Of a stretch of DNA of 64,000 bases, positions 28,266-38,372 are shown piece by piece (position 1 is the first letter of the stretch; every line of letters begins with the position of its first letter). The DNA comes from Syntrophales bacterium (GTDB taxonomy: Bacteria > Desulfobacterota > Syntrophia > Syntrophales > UBA2210): NCBI GenBank assembly GCA_963662405.2, contig CAXXKT010000003.1, positions 128,001-192,000 of the forward strand, in the 5' to 3' direction. The position numbers were made by a program, and so were the translations under genes. The notes beneath the pieces were generated by a model. It was not told the origin of the DNA. It saw only the letters and a program-made list of their open reading frames with translations, and made no database searches.

Positions 28266-29221
28266 CGATCTTCCCGGCACGAAACATACGTCTCCGAATG
28301 CGACTTTTCCTGGGTGTCCTGATCTGTGTCTCCCTTGCGGCACTGCCGGCCCGGTCCGGCACGGGGAAGGCGGTCTCTATCCCGAAACTGACCGCGTCGA
28401 TGGAAACGACCGGCGCACGGGTCGGCGATCAGCTGTGGCTGGAGCTCAGGTATGCGCTCCCCGAAGGGGCCCGGTTGTCCAAAGACGCTCCCATCGAAGG
28501 GATCGAGGGTGTGACCGTCATCGAACAGGAACGCCGGCCGGGGACGGTCAGGATCCGATTCCTGGTTGACCGGCTGGAGTCGTTCGATCTGGGGCCTTTC
28601 GCGCTGAAGTGGCTCGACGGAGACGGAAAGGAAGAGACGATCCAGGCTGACCCGATCGCCGTCGAGGTCGCATCGAACCTGGGGAAGAAACCGGAGGAGG
28701 CAACGCTCAGGCCGATCCGGGATATCATGCCGGTTGAGCCCCGGTGGCCCTTATATCTGATGGCCGCCCTCGCCCTCATCGGCATTGTTGCCGCCCTCGC
28801 GTGGTGGAGCAGGAAACGCCGTGTAAGAGATAGCCGGACGGTCATGGAGGACCCGCCTCATGTCCGGGCGGAGAAGGAGATCGATCGGCTCCTCGCCGCC
28901 GGTCTCTTTGAGAAGGGGGAGACCAAGGCCTTTTATTTTTCCTTTTCCGAGACCGTCCGTCGCTATATAGAGGCCATCCAGCACTTCCCCGCCGCGGAGA
29001 TGACAACCGAAGAGATCCGGCGACACATGGGTCCCAATGGGGATGACCAAGAGGTCCTGCAGCTCCTCGGGCAGGTGGATCTCGTGAAATTCGCCGACGC
29101 AGTTCCCACACCGGATCGCAAGGAGCGGGACATACGGATGGCTCGGAACTATATCCGGCAGACCGCCCCGGCACCTGCCGAAGGTCCAGCGGGACCGGCC
29201 GGGAAGGAGGCGGGGAAATGA
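28262..29221 (+). CDS. Bat-operon single-pass membrane protein
   Basis: Signal, Ig-like region, TM helix, EMTTEE and DLVKFA motifs; position between DUF58 and batA. Confidence 0.7.
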   Translation: MTIFPARNIRLRMRLFLGVLICVSLAALPARSGTGKAVSIPKLTASMETTGARVGDQLWLELRYALPEGARLSKDAPIEGIEGVTVIEQERRPGTVRIRFLVDRLESFDLGPFALKWLDGDGKEETIQADPIAVEVASNLGKKPEEATLRPIRDIMPVEPRWPLYLMAALALIGIVAALAWWSRKRRVRDSRTVMEDPPHVRAEKEIDRLLAAGLFEKGETKAFYFSFSETVRRYIEAIQHFPAAEMTTEEIRRHMGPNGDDQEVLQLLGQVDLVKFADAVPTPDRKERDIRMARNYIRQTAPAPAEGPAGPAGKEAGK

Positions 29222-30213
29222 CGTTCCGCCTGGCCTATCCCGAGGTGCTGGTCCTGTTGATCCCTGTCGCCGGTTGGCTCGTCTGGGCCCTCAGACGCAG
29301 ACCGATCGGGATCACCTATTCCATGACCACCATGATAGCACGACTCGCCGGGGGCACCGGACGTCTGGTAGGACGGATCCCCCTGGTGCTCAGGGCCCTG
29401 TGCCTGGTTCTGCTCGTCATCGCCGCCGCCCGCCCCCAGCTGTACAATGTCTCGCGGGAGATCAAGTCGCCCGGTGTGGACATCATGATCTGTCTGGACA
29501 CGTCCGGGTCCATGCAGGCGCTCGATTTTACCCTCGACGGAGAGCCGGTCTCGCGGCTGGCGGCGGTGAAAAAGGTGGTGGGGGAGTTCATCGAGAAGCG
29601 GGAGATGGACCGGATCGGACTGGTGGTCTTCGGAACGGAGGCCTTTACCCAGTCCCCCCTGACGCTGGATAAGGGGCTCATCATGGATCTGGTGAAGCGG
29701 ATGGAGATCGGCATGGCCGGGGAGAAGACGGCCATCGGCTCGGCGATCGCCGTGGGGGGCAAGCGGATGAAAGACCTGAAGGCCAAATCGAAGATCCTCA
29801 TCCTCCTGACGGACGGCAAGCAGACCGCCGGGTCCCTCACACCGGCCGAGGCCGCCGAGGCGGCCCGGGCGCTGGGGATCAAGATCTACACCATCGGCGT
29901 GGGGAGTACGGGCTCGGCGCCCTTCCCGGTACAGACGCCCTTCGGTCCGCGAATCGTCCGACAGGTCGTCGAGATGGACGAAGAGACGCTGATGAAGGTC
30001 GCCGACATCGGACAGGGACAGTATTTCCGGGCCGCCGATACCGAGCGGTTGCAGGAGATATACGATATTATTGACCGTCAGGAGAAGACCGAGGCTGTGG
30101 TCAAGGAATTTTTTCACTTCAGGGAACTCTATCCCTGGTTCCTGGTGCCGGCCCTTCTCCTGCTGATTGCGGAGTTTCTCCTCCGCGCCACCGTACTGAG
30201 GGTGATTCCATGA
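29218..30213 (+). CDS. batA: BatA-like VWA protein
   Basis: ARPQ, DTSGSM MIDAS, TAIGSA, LLTDG. Confidence 0.85.
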   Translation: MTFRLAYPEVLVLLIPVAGWLVWALRRRPIGITYSMTTMIARLAGGTGRLVGRIPLVLRALCLVLLVIAAARPQLYNVSREIKSPGVDIMICLDTSGSMQALDFTLDGEPVSRLAAVKKVVGEFIEKREMDRIGLVVFGTEAFTQSPLTLDKGLIMDLVKRMEIGMAGEKTAIGSAIAVGGKRMKDLKAKSKILILLTDGKQTAGSLTPAEAAEAARALGIKIYTIGVGSTGSAPFPVQTPFGPRIVRQVVEMDEETLMKVADIGQGQYFRAADTERLQEIYDIIDRQEKTEAVVKEFFHFRELYPWFLVPALLLLIAEFLLRATVLRVIP

Positions 30214-32078
30214 CACTGGCGCACCCATGGGTTTTACATCTTCTCTGGATACTGCCGGTGGCGGGCTGGCTCCTGATCGCCCAGAGACGACGACGGCGGA
30301 AGGCACTGGAGCGGTTTGCCGAGAGCGGCCTCCTGGCGCGCCTGACGCCGGAGGACCATGACGGAAAGCGTCTCCTCAAGGGGCTCCTCCTGCTCTGTGC
30401 CCTGGGGGTCCTGATCCTGGCCCTCGCCGGTCCCCGCTGGGGGAACCACTACCAGGAGGTCAGCCGTCGCGGCGTGGATATCATGGTGGTGGTGGACGTG
30501 TCGAAGAGCATGGAGGTAGAGGATGTCAAACCCCACCGCCTGGAGCGTGCCCGGCGGGAGATCATCGATTTTCTCAAGGTGGTCGCGGGGGACCGCGTGG
30601 GGCTGACGGCCTTCGCCGGGGCTGCCTTTGTGCAGTGCCCGCTGACCCTGGACTATGCGGCCCTGGAGATGTTCCTGACCGCCCTGGAGCCGGGGATCAT
30701 CCCGGTCCCCGGGACCGACCTCGGGTCTGCCGTCGAGACGGCCCTTTCGGCCTTCGATTTCAAGACGGAAACGGATAAGGTGATGCTCATGATCACCGAC
30801 GGCGAGGACAACGAAGAGAACGGCCTGGAGGCCGCACGGAAAGCGGCCGGGCAGGGGGTCAAGATCTTTGTCTTCGGTATCGGAGACCCGTCCGGCGGAC
30901 CGATCCCTGCCGGGGACAACCGGGGCGGCTTCAAGAAGGACGCCGACGGCAAGCTGGTTCTGTCCAAACTCGACGAGGGTACCTTACGGGAGATCGCGTC
31001 CGTGACCGGGGGAGGGTATGTCCGTTCGGTGGCGGGGGACCTGGATCTGGACATGCTCTATTTCGCGGGCATAAAACGAAAGACCGAGGCGCAGGTACTG
31101 AAGAGTGGGAAGATCAAGGTGCACGACGAGCGGTTCTTCGTCTTCGTCCTGTTCGCCTTCCTCATGCTCCTGGCGGAGGCGATCATCGATGACAAACGGC
31201 GGCCGACGGGGAAGAAACGGTTCGGGTTCCTGCTCATACTGGTGATTTTTTCCCTGTGTGTTATTCCAGAGCCGAAAGACGCCCTCGCTGCCGAATCCTC
31301 GCCGGATGAACTCTATCGTCAGGGCCGGTATGCGGACGCCGAAGAAGGGTATAACCGGCTCGACATGGATCACCCCAAGGACATTCGCTACCGCTATAAC
31401 CGGGGGTGCGCCGCCTTCCAGGGGGGGAAATACACGGCCGCCACGGCCGCCTTCTCCAGCGTCCTGAAGAGGACGGAAGACCCCGCGGTGCGCTTCAAGG
31501 CCGCCTACAACCTGGGGAACACGGCCTTCAACCAGGGTGATTTTGAGGCGGCGGCGGGGTTTTTCAGGCAGGCCCTCGCCGACGATTCCACCAGCGACGA
31601 CGCTCGGTATAACCTGGAACTGTCGCTGCGGGCACTGGAGAAGGCGAAAGATCAGGCGTCCGATTCGAAGCAATCCCCGACCGGGGAAGGGTGCGATAAG
31701 AAGGGCGGGGATCAGGATCGGAAAAACGGCGGGGAGGGGAACGAGGAAAAATCTCTGGAGGGGTCTAGATCCGAACAGGAAAAGCAGTCTGAGTCGGGGC
31801 AGAAACAGCAATCCGATACATGGCAGGACCAGGAGGCGGACGGAGATACACGACCTGAAAGACAGGCCGATGAGGATCTGTCCGGAGAACTGAAGGTGCG
31901 CGGAGAGATGGCGGAGATGAAGGAACGGAAAGATACCCCGGAGGATGGCACGGTCGCCACGGATGCGAAGAAGGCGGAGGCCCTCTTCGATAACGTCCGG
32001 GAGAATCCGTCTCAGATGCTGCGCTATATGGTTCCCGAGAAGGACCGGCGGGGGGGCGTGTCGGGGAAGGACTGGTAG
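30210..32078 (+). CDS. BatB-BatC fusion (VWA plus TPR)
   Basis: DVSKSM MIDAS, ITDGED, TPRs (YNLGN), low-complexity tail, KDW C-terminus. Confidence 0.82.
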   Translation: MTLAHPWVLHLLWILPVAGWLLIAQRRRRRKALERFAESGLLARLTPEDHDGKRLLKGLLLLCALGVLILALAGPRWGNHYQEVSRRGVDIMVVVDVSKSMEVEDVKPHRLERARREIIDFLKVVAGDRVGLTAFAGAAFVQCPLTLDYAALEMFLTALEPGIIPVPGTDLGSAVETALSAFDFKTETDKVMLMITDGEDNEENGLEAARKAAGQGVKIFVFGIGDPSGGPIPAGDNRGGFKKDADGKLVLSKLDEGTLREIASVTGGGYVRSVAGDLDLDMLYFAGIKRKTEAQVLKSGKIKVHDERFFVFVLFAFLMLLAEAIIDDKRRPTGKKRFGFLLILVIFSLCVIPEPKDALAAESSPDELYRQGRYADAEEGYNRLDMDHPKDIRYRYNRGCAAFQGGKYTAATAAFSSVLKRTEDPAVRFKAAYNLGNTAFNQGDFEAAAGFFRQALADDSTSDDARYNLELSLRALEKAKDQASDSKQSPTGEGCDKKGGDQDRKNGGEGNEEKSLEGSRSEQEKQSESGQKQQSDTWQDQEADGDTRPERQADEDLSGELKVRGEMAEMKERKDTPEDGTVATDAKKAEALFDNVRENPSQMLRYMVPEKDRRGGVSGKDW

Positions 32079-32079
32079 G

Positions 32080-33831
32080 ATGAAGAAGATCGCCGTGATA
32101 ATCGTACTCATACTGTCCTGTCTCCTGCTCTCCGTGCCGGCCGCGGCGGAGATCGGCGTTGCGCTCAGACTGGATCGGGCCGAGGCGACCCCGGCGGACA
32201 CCATTCGTATGCAGGTCAGCGTGTCCGGGACCCGCAGCCGGGACGGAGAGCCCGTCATCCGGGGGCTGGAATCGTTCCATGTCAGCCGGGGCGGCACGTC
32301 CAGCCGTGTCCAGATCATCAACGGGGAGATGAACGCGGGGATCGAATACTCCTATTTCATCCAGCCGAAGAAAACGGGGGCCTTCACGATCGGACCGGCC
32401 GAGATAGAGGTGGAGGGCAGGAAGCTGGAGAGCAAAACGGTCACGCTCGTGGTGAAGGAGGCGTCATCACAGTCCGGCGCGGACCGCGGCACCGTTTTCA
32501 TCGAGGCATCGCTCTCTTCCGGAGACGTGTATGTCGAGGAACAGGCGATCTACACGGTCAAGCTGCTCTACCGGGTCGGCGTCGACAACCTCTCCCTCGG
32601 TCTTCCGGAGATCGAGCATGTGACGTTCAAACAGCTCGGGCGGCCCGGTGAATATCAGACCTCCGTGGAGGGGAAGACATACGGTGTCGTGGAGATCCGG
32701 TATGCCCTCGTGGCGTCACGAGCAGGAGAATATGTCATCGGCCCCACCACGATGAAGATGACCGTCCGGCAGCAGGGGGGGCGCTCACGGGTTGACGATT
32801 TTTTCAGAGACCCCTTCGCCGGTTCGTCCGGCCGCCCGGTGACCGTGGGCAGCGACCCGATCGAACTGGTGGTACGTGATCTCCCTGCGGGAAAGCCCTC
32901 TGACTTCAGCGGTCTGGTGGGAGATTTCGGGATGGAATCGACCCTGGAGCCGACCGATCTGAAGACAGGTGACTCGGCTACACTGACGATCCGGGTCAGC
33001 GGGGAGGGAAACGTTCAGCGGATACCCGATATTAGAATTCCCGAACTTGCCTTCGCACGGACGTACTGCGATCAGCCGGTCCTGGAAACCACGGAGGACG
33101 AGGACGGGATCGGCGGGGCCAAGACGATGAAATGGGCGCTGGTCCCCGAAAAGGCCGGCACGCTTAGCATTCCGCCCATTACCCTGAGCTTTTTCAACCC
33201 GGATGCGGAGCGATACACCACACTGAAGACGCCCGCGTATACCCTGTCCGTTTCACCCGGCGAAAAACCGGAGATGACACCGTTCCAGGCGACCCCGGGA
33301 GTTGGAAAGCCGGCCGAAGGTTCGGCCAAACAGGAGGTCCGGCAGGTCGGCACGGACATCCTGCCGATCCACACGCAGATCGGGAACCTGTCGGTCCCGT
33401 GGCGGTACCTGGCCACCGGCTGGCGCCTCTGGCTTGTCCTGTTTGGTCCCCTGCTTGTGTATCTGGCGCTCCTCGGCGGGGTGAAGGTCTATAACCGGTC
33501 CCCTGAGCACGTCTTGCAGTTCAGGTCCCGGAACGCCTATCGATTGTTGCAGAAGCGGTGCCGTCGCCTGCCCCCCGGCGATACCGATCTCATCGATGCC
33601 TTCACGGAATACCTGAACGACCGTTTCGGCCTCTCCATCGCTGTCCTGACGGCCGATGACGCCATGAGGGCATTGCGGGAACAAGGCGTCGGCGCCGATA
33701 CCGCAGAACGAATCCGTGTCATTATCCAGCGGCTCGAACAGGCCGTCTATGCGGGAGAAGACCCAGGGGATGCGGACGCGGCTGGGGATCTGGTGAAACT
33801 GGTCGAGAGGGTGGAAAAGGAGATCCGATGA
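32080..33831 (+). CDS. batD: BatD family protein
   Basis: Signal peptide, SSRVQIING, GLVGDF, GEGN, C-terminal TM. Confidence 0.82.
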   Translation: MKKIAVIIVLILSCLLLSVPAAAEIGVALRLDRAEATPADTIRMQVSVSGTRSRDGEPVIRGLESFHVSRGGTSSRVQIINGEMNAGIEYSYFIQPKKTGAFTIGPAEIEVEGRKLESKTVTLVVKEASSQSGADRGTVFIEASLSSGDVYVEEQAIYTVKLLYRVGVDNLSLGLPEIEHVTFKQLGRPGEYQTSVEGKTYGVVEIRYALVASRAGEYVIGPTTMKMTVRQQGGRSRVDDFFRDPFAGSSGRPVTVGSDPIELVVRDLPAGKPSDFSGLVGDFGMESTLEPTDLKTGDSATLTIRVSGEGNVQRIPDIRIPELAFARTYCDQPVLETTEDEDGIGGAKTMKWALVPEKAGTLSIPPITLSFFNPDAERYTTLKTPAYTLSVSPGEKPEMTPFQATPGVGKPAEGSAKQEVRQVGTDILPIHTQIGNLSVPWRYLATGWRLWLVLFGPLLVYLALLGGVKVYNRSPEHVLQFRSRNAYRLLQKRCRRLPPGDTDLIDAFTEYLNDRFGLSIAVLTADDAMRALREQGVGADTAERIRVIIQRLEQAVYAGEDPGDADAAGDLVKLVERVEKEIR

Positions 33832-34604
33832 ACGCACGTCTCCATTGTATCATAGTACTGTTGATTGCATGCCTGCTGGTCCCGCTTACGGCGCAGGCGC
33901 AGACCGGCGGGTCGGCGGAAGGGGTCTTTTTCGAGGCCAACCGTGCCTATAACAACGGGGCCTTCCAGGATGCCGTCGACGGATATCGCCGGCTCATCGA
34001 AGACGACCGTGCAAGCGGCCATCTCTATTATAACCTCGGCAACGCCTGGTTCCATCTCGACCGTCTTGGGAAGGCGATCCTCGCGTACGAACGGGCGCGC
34101 CTCCTCATTCCCCGTGACAGCGATCTCGCTTTCAACCTTACCCAGGCCCGGGACCAGACGCGGGATGAGACCGGCGATACCGCCGCGGTTTCCTTCCTGG
34201 ATATCCTGGGGATCGAAAATATGAGCCGGTACGAGGCCTTCGCTGTTTTTGCCCTGCTCAATATCCTCTTTTTCGCCGTTCTGTGCCTGCGGATCTTCAG
34301 AAAGGCGGAGTGGACCTACTATCTGACGATCTTCCTGGCCATCTTCGTCGGCATCGGCGGATCTGTCAGCGCCTTGAAGTGGTATGAATCACTGACCGAT
34401 GATCGGGCGGTTGTCATCGCCGAAGAGGTCGAGGTCCTGGCTGGTCCCCATCCGGAAGACACCATCCTTTTCAAGATCCACGAAGGGACGGTGGTCCGTC
34501 ATGAACGATCCGAGGACGGGTGGGTGTTACTCCGGTTATCGGAAGGAAAACGGGGATGGGCGCAGGCCGATCAGGTGGAGCGGGTCGTGAGGCCGTCCGG
34601 ATAG
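33828..34604 (+). CDS. batE: BatE-like TPR/SH3 protein
   Basis: LYYNLGNA, AILAYERA, IHEGT..GW. Confidence 0.8.
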   Translation: MNARLHCIIVLLIACLLVPLTAQAQTGGSAEGVFFEANRAYNNGAFQDAVDGYRRLIEDDRASGHLYYNLGNAWFHLDRLGKAILAYERARLLIPRDSDLAFNLTQARDQTRDETGDTAAVSFLDILGIENMSRYEAFAVFALLNILFFAVLCLRIFRKAEWTYYLTIFLAIFVGIGGSVSALKWYESLTDDRAVVIAEEVEVLAGPHPEDTILFKIHEGTVVRHERSEDGWVLLRLSEGKRGWAQADQVERVVRPSG

Positions 34605-34798
34605 AGGAAAGCACAGGACGTGACCCATACCGTAAAAAAGGGTCTTCAGATCACGCGGCCGTCCCGATGACACCCGCGTGGTGACGTGGCTGGCTATGGT
34701 CTTTTCCATCATGCTCTTCGTCCGTTCCCTTCCTGTTCCTGCGTACCGCCGCCGTTTTTTTATTGACTTATCGAATCTGTTTTGTTTGAATCCATCTC

Positions 34799-34981
34799 GT
34801 TTCGGTGCCCGGAAGGGATTAAAAGGGAACTCCGTGTAAATCGGAGACGGGCCCGCCGCTGTTACTCTTCCCCATTCCACCGGGAGTGGGGAGTCTGATG
34901 GGCGTGAGGATGCCACTGTTGCTTTCCAGGGCAATGGGAAGGCGGTCCATCGGATGGAGAAGTCAGAAGACCTGCCGAAAC
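34799..34981 (+). promoter_or_regulatory. Cobalamin riboswitch 1
   Basis: AAAAGGGAA..GTGTAAATC..GCCCGCCGCTGT..GCCACTG..GGGAAGGC..AAGTCAGAAGACCTGCC; P1 GTTTCGG/CCGAAAC. Confidence 0.9.
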
Positions 34982-35046
34982 AAATAGCGGGTGAGCCGCG
35001 TGGACCACGGCACGCCTGAGAAGATAGATTCGTGGATAAAAATGGG

Positions 35047-35083
35047 AAATCCCGGATTGCGCAATGCGGTCCGGGATTTTTTT
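35047..35083 (+). terminator. Intrinsic terminator, expression platform of riboswitch 1
   Basis: AAATCCCGGA..TCCGGGATTTTTTT. Confidence 0.8.
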
Positions 35084-35141
35084 GTGCCGGGTATCCACGG
35101 GTGCTTTCTGCTGTTTTACGAGGAAAAATAGAGGGTTGGAA

Positions 35142-35342
35142 ATGGCGGATATGAATGAAGCATATGATGTTTCCAGCGTCGGGAGGGTGTATCGGAAAAG
35201 CCTCGAACTCTTCGCGCACCGTTACGAAAATGAAAACGGGATCGGGATAGACCTGGACGACCTTGGCGTGGGGCAGAAATTCTTTGTTGTTTTTCCCAGC
35301 GGAACCGGTTTTACCCGCACGTCGGCGGTGAAAATCGCGTAG
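35142..35342 (+). CDS. Small hypothetical ORF (66 aa) or gene remnant downstream of riboswitch 1
   Basis: GAGGG RBS then MADMNEAYDV...; no recognised motif. Confidence 0.35.
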   Translation: MADMNEAYDVSSVGRVYRKSLELFAHRYENENGIGIDLDDLGVGQKFFVVFPSGTGFTRTSAVKIA

Positions 35343-35634
35343 AGAGGAGAAGACGATGGGCGAGTCACTGTTGGAAATCGATTTACAAAACCTGGATTTT
35401 TGAACCAGGTTTTCTCCTCAGCGGACCGGTTGATCCATCTGTACGAGGCGCATGATTCAGGGGGAAAGGGGTAAACAACCGCACCCGGGCGGAGGGATGG
35501 AACACCTGAAGGCGGGATGCGCATGACTGATAAGACACCGTTGAGAAATATGAGAATCAAGGAGAACCCGGCCATATCAACCGATATGCCGTCGGTATGT
35601 CTTTTTGCTCTTAAACAATAGAGTAAGAGAGCGT

Positions 35635-35771
35635 GATCAGGACACGGAAGACGGTGTAAATCCGTCGCGGACGCGCCACTGTAACTGACGAAAACCCATC
35701 ACAGTCACTGCCGTTTACCGGTGGGAAGACGGAGATATCTGAGGGGTCAGAAGCCAGGAGACGACCTGATC
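35635..35771 (+). promoter_or_regulatory. Cobalamin riboswitch 2 (metE leader)
   Basis: GGAAGACGGTGTAAATCCGTC..GCGCCACTGTA..GTCACTG..GGGAAGAC..AAGCCAGGAGAC; P1 GATCAGG/CCTGATC; downstream GTTGCTCCTTCA can pair with the metE SD. Confidence 0.85.
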
Positions 35772-35925
35772 GGGTGGAGTACGACTGTCTCGCGAACAGG
35801 CAGGAATGCGATCGGGTGTCGCCCGGCAGCGGCTTTTTGCCATATGAATTGCTGTGCTTCGTGCCGCGCTTTGCCGGACATGTCGTTGCTCCTTCAACCA
35901 TTACTGTGATGAAAGGAGTAACACA

Positions 35926-38223
35926 ATGAAAACACACGTCTTAGGCTTCCCTCGTATCGGCGCCCGTCGCGAACTGAAAAGGGCCCTGGAAGATTACTGG
36001 TCAGGGGCCATTTCTCCCCGGCAGTTGATCGCGATCGGCAACTCACTGAAAGAAACCCACTGGAAGATTCAGCGTGATGCAGGGCTTTCCTACGTTACCA
36101 CGGGGGATTTTTCCCTGTATGACCATATGCTGGATACCTCTGTCATGCTGGGCGCTGTTCCTGCGCGTTTCGGGGCTTATACTCCGGACGCCCACTTCGA
36201 GATCTATTTCAAGATGGCCAGGGGCGACGCCTTTCATAATGCCGCCGCCATGGAGATGACCAAGTGGTTCAACACCAACTACCACTATATTGTTCCCGAG
36301 ATCACTGCTGACCTGACGCTTTCTCTCTCTTCGCGGTCTGTCCTGGACGATACCCGCCGGGCCATTCGACTGGGCTATTCCCCCAAGCCTGTGCTGGTCG
36401 GACCTGTAACCTATCTTTCTCTGGCAAAGGGAACCGGTGAAATCACCTCGTGGGACAGGCTCGAAGAGATCACGGATATCTATGCCGCGGTGATTGCCGA
36501 GTTGGGTGACCTGTGCGACTGGATCCAGGTCGATGAACCGATTCTGTGCTGTGACATGACCCCTGAGGCTCGACAGGCCATTCCGCGGGTCTATGCACGA
36601 CTCAACCAGGCGGTCGGGAAAGGGAAGATACTGCTGACGACCTATTTCGATTCGCTTGATGATAACCTTGATCTGGCCGTGTCTTCCGGGTGCGCCGGAC
36701 TGCACGTTGATCTGTCGGGTGGTGGGGATCAGAATCTTGACAGGATTCTTGGCTCCCTGCCCGGTGACATGGCCCTCTCCGTGGGGCTGGTGGCCGGCCG
36801 CAATGTCTGGAAAACGGATCTGAATGCCGCGCTGGCGACCCTCAGAAAGATTCAGTATCACATCGGCGAGGAACGGATGTTCATAGCCTCCGGATGCTCG
36901 CTGTTGCACTGTCCGGTTGACCTGGATCTGGAAACGCAGCTCGATCCCGAGATCAGAAACTGGATGGCCTTTGCCGTGCAGAAGTGTCGTGAGATCAGTC
37001 TTCTGGGCGATATCATGGCGGGGGAAAGGCGGTTCGATGAGCTCAAGGCCAATGTCTCCGCTATCCGTTCGCGTCGGGAAAGCCCCATGACGAGGAACGA
37101 ACGGATCAGGGATGCGTGCGGGGCCGTTGGACAGGAAATGCTTTGTCGCGGGCACGGGTATGCCGAACGGAAAAAGGCCCAGGCCCGGCTGGGGCTGCCG
37201 TTGTTTCCCACGACCACCATTGGTTCCTTCCCACAGACCCCTGAGATCCGCAGGAATCGTCTCCTGTTTAAGAACGGTGATCTTTCCCGTGAGGACTACG
37301 AGGTATTCCTCCGAGACGAGATCAAAAAAACCATTGAGATCCAGGAGGATTTAGGGATTGATGTGTTGGTCCACGGGGAACCGGAGCGAAACGATATGGT
37401 TGAATACTTCGGGGAACGTCTGGACGGCTTTTGTTTTACGGAGAACGGATGGGTCCAGAGTTACGGGAGCCGTTGCGTCAAACCTCCCATTATCTACGGG
37501 GATGTCTCCCGTCCGGCGCCGATGACTGTCGAGTGGTTTGCCTACGCCCAATCACTGACCCGAAAGCCGATGAAAGGAATGCTGACCGGTCCGGTGACGA
37601 TCCTGTGCTGGAGTTTCATCCGCGACGACCTCGACCGTTCGGAGGTCTGCCGACAGATCGCCCTTGCCCTCAGGGACGAGGTGCTCGGTCTGGAGGGGGC
37701 CGGGGCGCGGATCATCCAGATTGATGAACCGGCCTTTCGCGAGGGTCTTCCGTTAAAAGAACGGAATGGCGATGCGTACCTGCGCTGGGCGGTGGACGCC
37801 TTCCGACTGGCCTCTTCCGGGGTCTCCGATCAGACGCAGATCCACACGCACATGTGCTACAGCGAATTTAACGCCATTATCCGTTCCATCGCCGAGATGG
37901 ACGCCGACGTCATCAGCATCGAATCGAGCCGCAGTAAGATGGAGTTGCTCGACGCATTTCGAGCTTTCGATTATCCCAACGATATCGGTCCCGGCGTTTA
38001 TGATATTCACAGTCCGCGCGTTCCCACGACGGAAGAAATCATTGATCTGATTCAGCGGGCGCTCCGGCACATCCCCCTGGAGCGGCTCTGGATCAATCCC
38101 GACTGTGGTCTCAAGACGCGTGACTGGCCGGAGGTTCTGAGGTCTCTTGAGAATATGGTAACAGCCGCTACGACGATACGTGAGCTATGCGCCACCGGGG
38201 ATCATTCCGCCGTACCATCGTGA
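35926..38223 (+). CDS. metE: Cobalamin-independent methionine synthase
   Basis: LGFPRIG, MTKWFNTNYHY, PTTTIGSFPQT, HGEPERNDMV, HTHMC, NPDCGLKTR. Confidence 0.97.
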   Translation: MKTHVLGFPRIGARRELKRALEDYWSGAISPRQLIAIGNSLKETHWKIQRDAGLSYVTTGDFSLYDHMLDTSVMLGAVPARFGAYTPDAHFEIYFKMARGDAFHNAAAMEMTKWFNTNYHYIVPEITADLTLSLSSRSVLDDTRRAIRLGYSPKPVLVGPVTYLSLAKGTGEITSWDRLEEITDIYAAVIAELGDLCDWIQVDEPILCCDMTPEARQAIPRVYARLNQAVGKGKILLTTYFDSLDDNLDLAVSSGCAGLHVDLSGGGDQNLDRILGSLPGDMALSVGLVAGRNVWKTDLNAALATLRKIQYHIGEERMFIASGCSLLHCPVDLDLETQLDPEIRNWMAFAVQKCREISLLGDIMAGERRFDELKANVSAIRSRRESPMTRNERIRDACGAVGQEMLCRGHGYAERKKAQARLGLPLFPTTTIGSFPQTPEIRRNRLLFKNGDLSREDYEVFLRDEIKKTIEIQEDLGIDVLVHGEPERNDMVEYFGERLDGFCFTENGWVQSYGSRCVKPPIIYGDVSRPAPMTVEWFAYAQSLTRKPMKGMLTGPVTILCWSFIRDDLDRSEVCRQIALALRDEVLGLEGAGARIIQIDEPAFREGLPLKERNGDAYLRWAVDAFRLASSGVSDQTQIHTHMCYSEFNAIIRSIAEMDADVISIESSRSKMELLDAFRAFDYPNDIGPGVYDIHSPRVPTTEEIIDLIQRALRHIPLERLWINPDCGLKTRDWPEVLRSLENMVTAATTIRELCATGDHSAVPS

Positions 38224-38372
38224 AAACGAGCATTCTGTGCAGGCATGCGCCGCGACGGTGAGGAAAGAGGAGAGATAACGAGAATACCGGTCAGTGATGT
38301 ACATGGAAATTGAAACACAAAGGAACAGAAGAGTTTCCTGTTATTTATTCGAGACGAGGAGGAAGTACAGGT

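Noticed and set aside
35340..35474. Pyrrolysine readthrough of the TAG ending the small ORF (frame stays open about 43 more codons)
   Set aside because: No pyl genes in the window and no recognisable homology; chance or decay is equally likely
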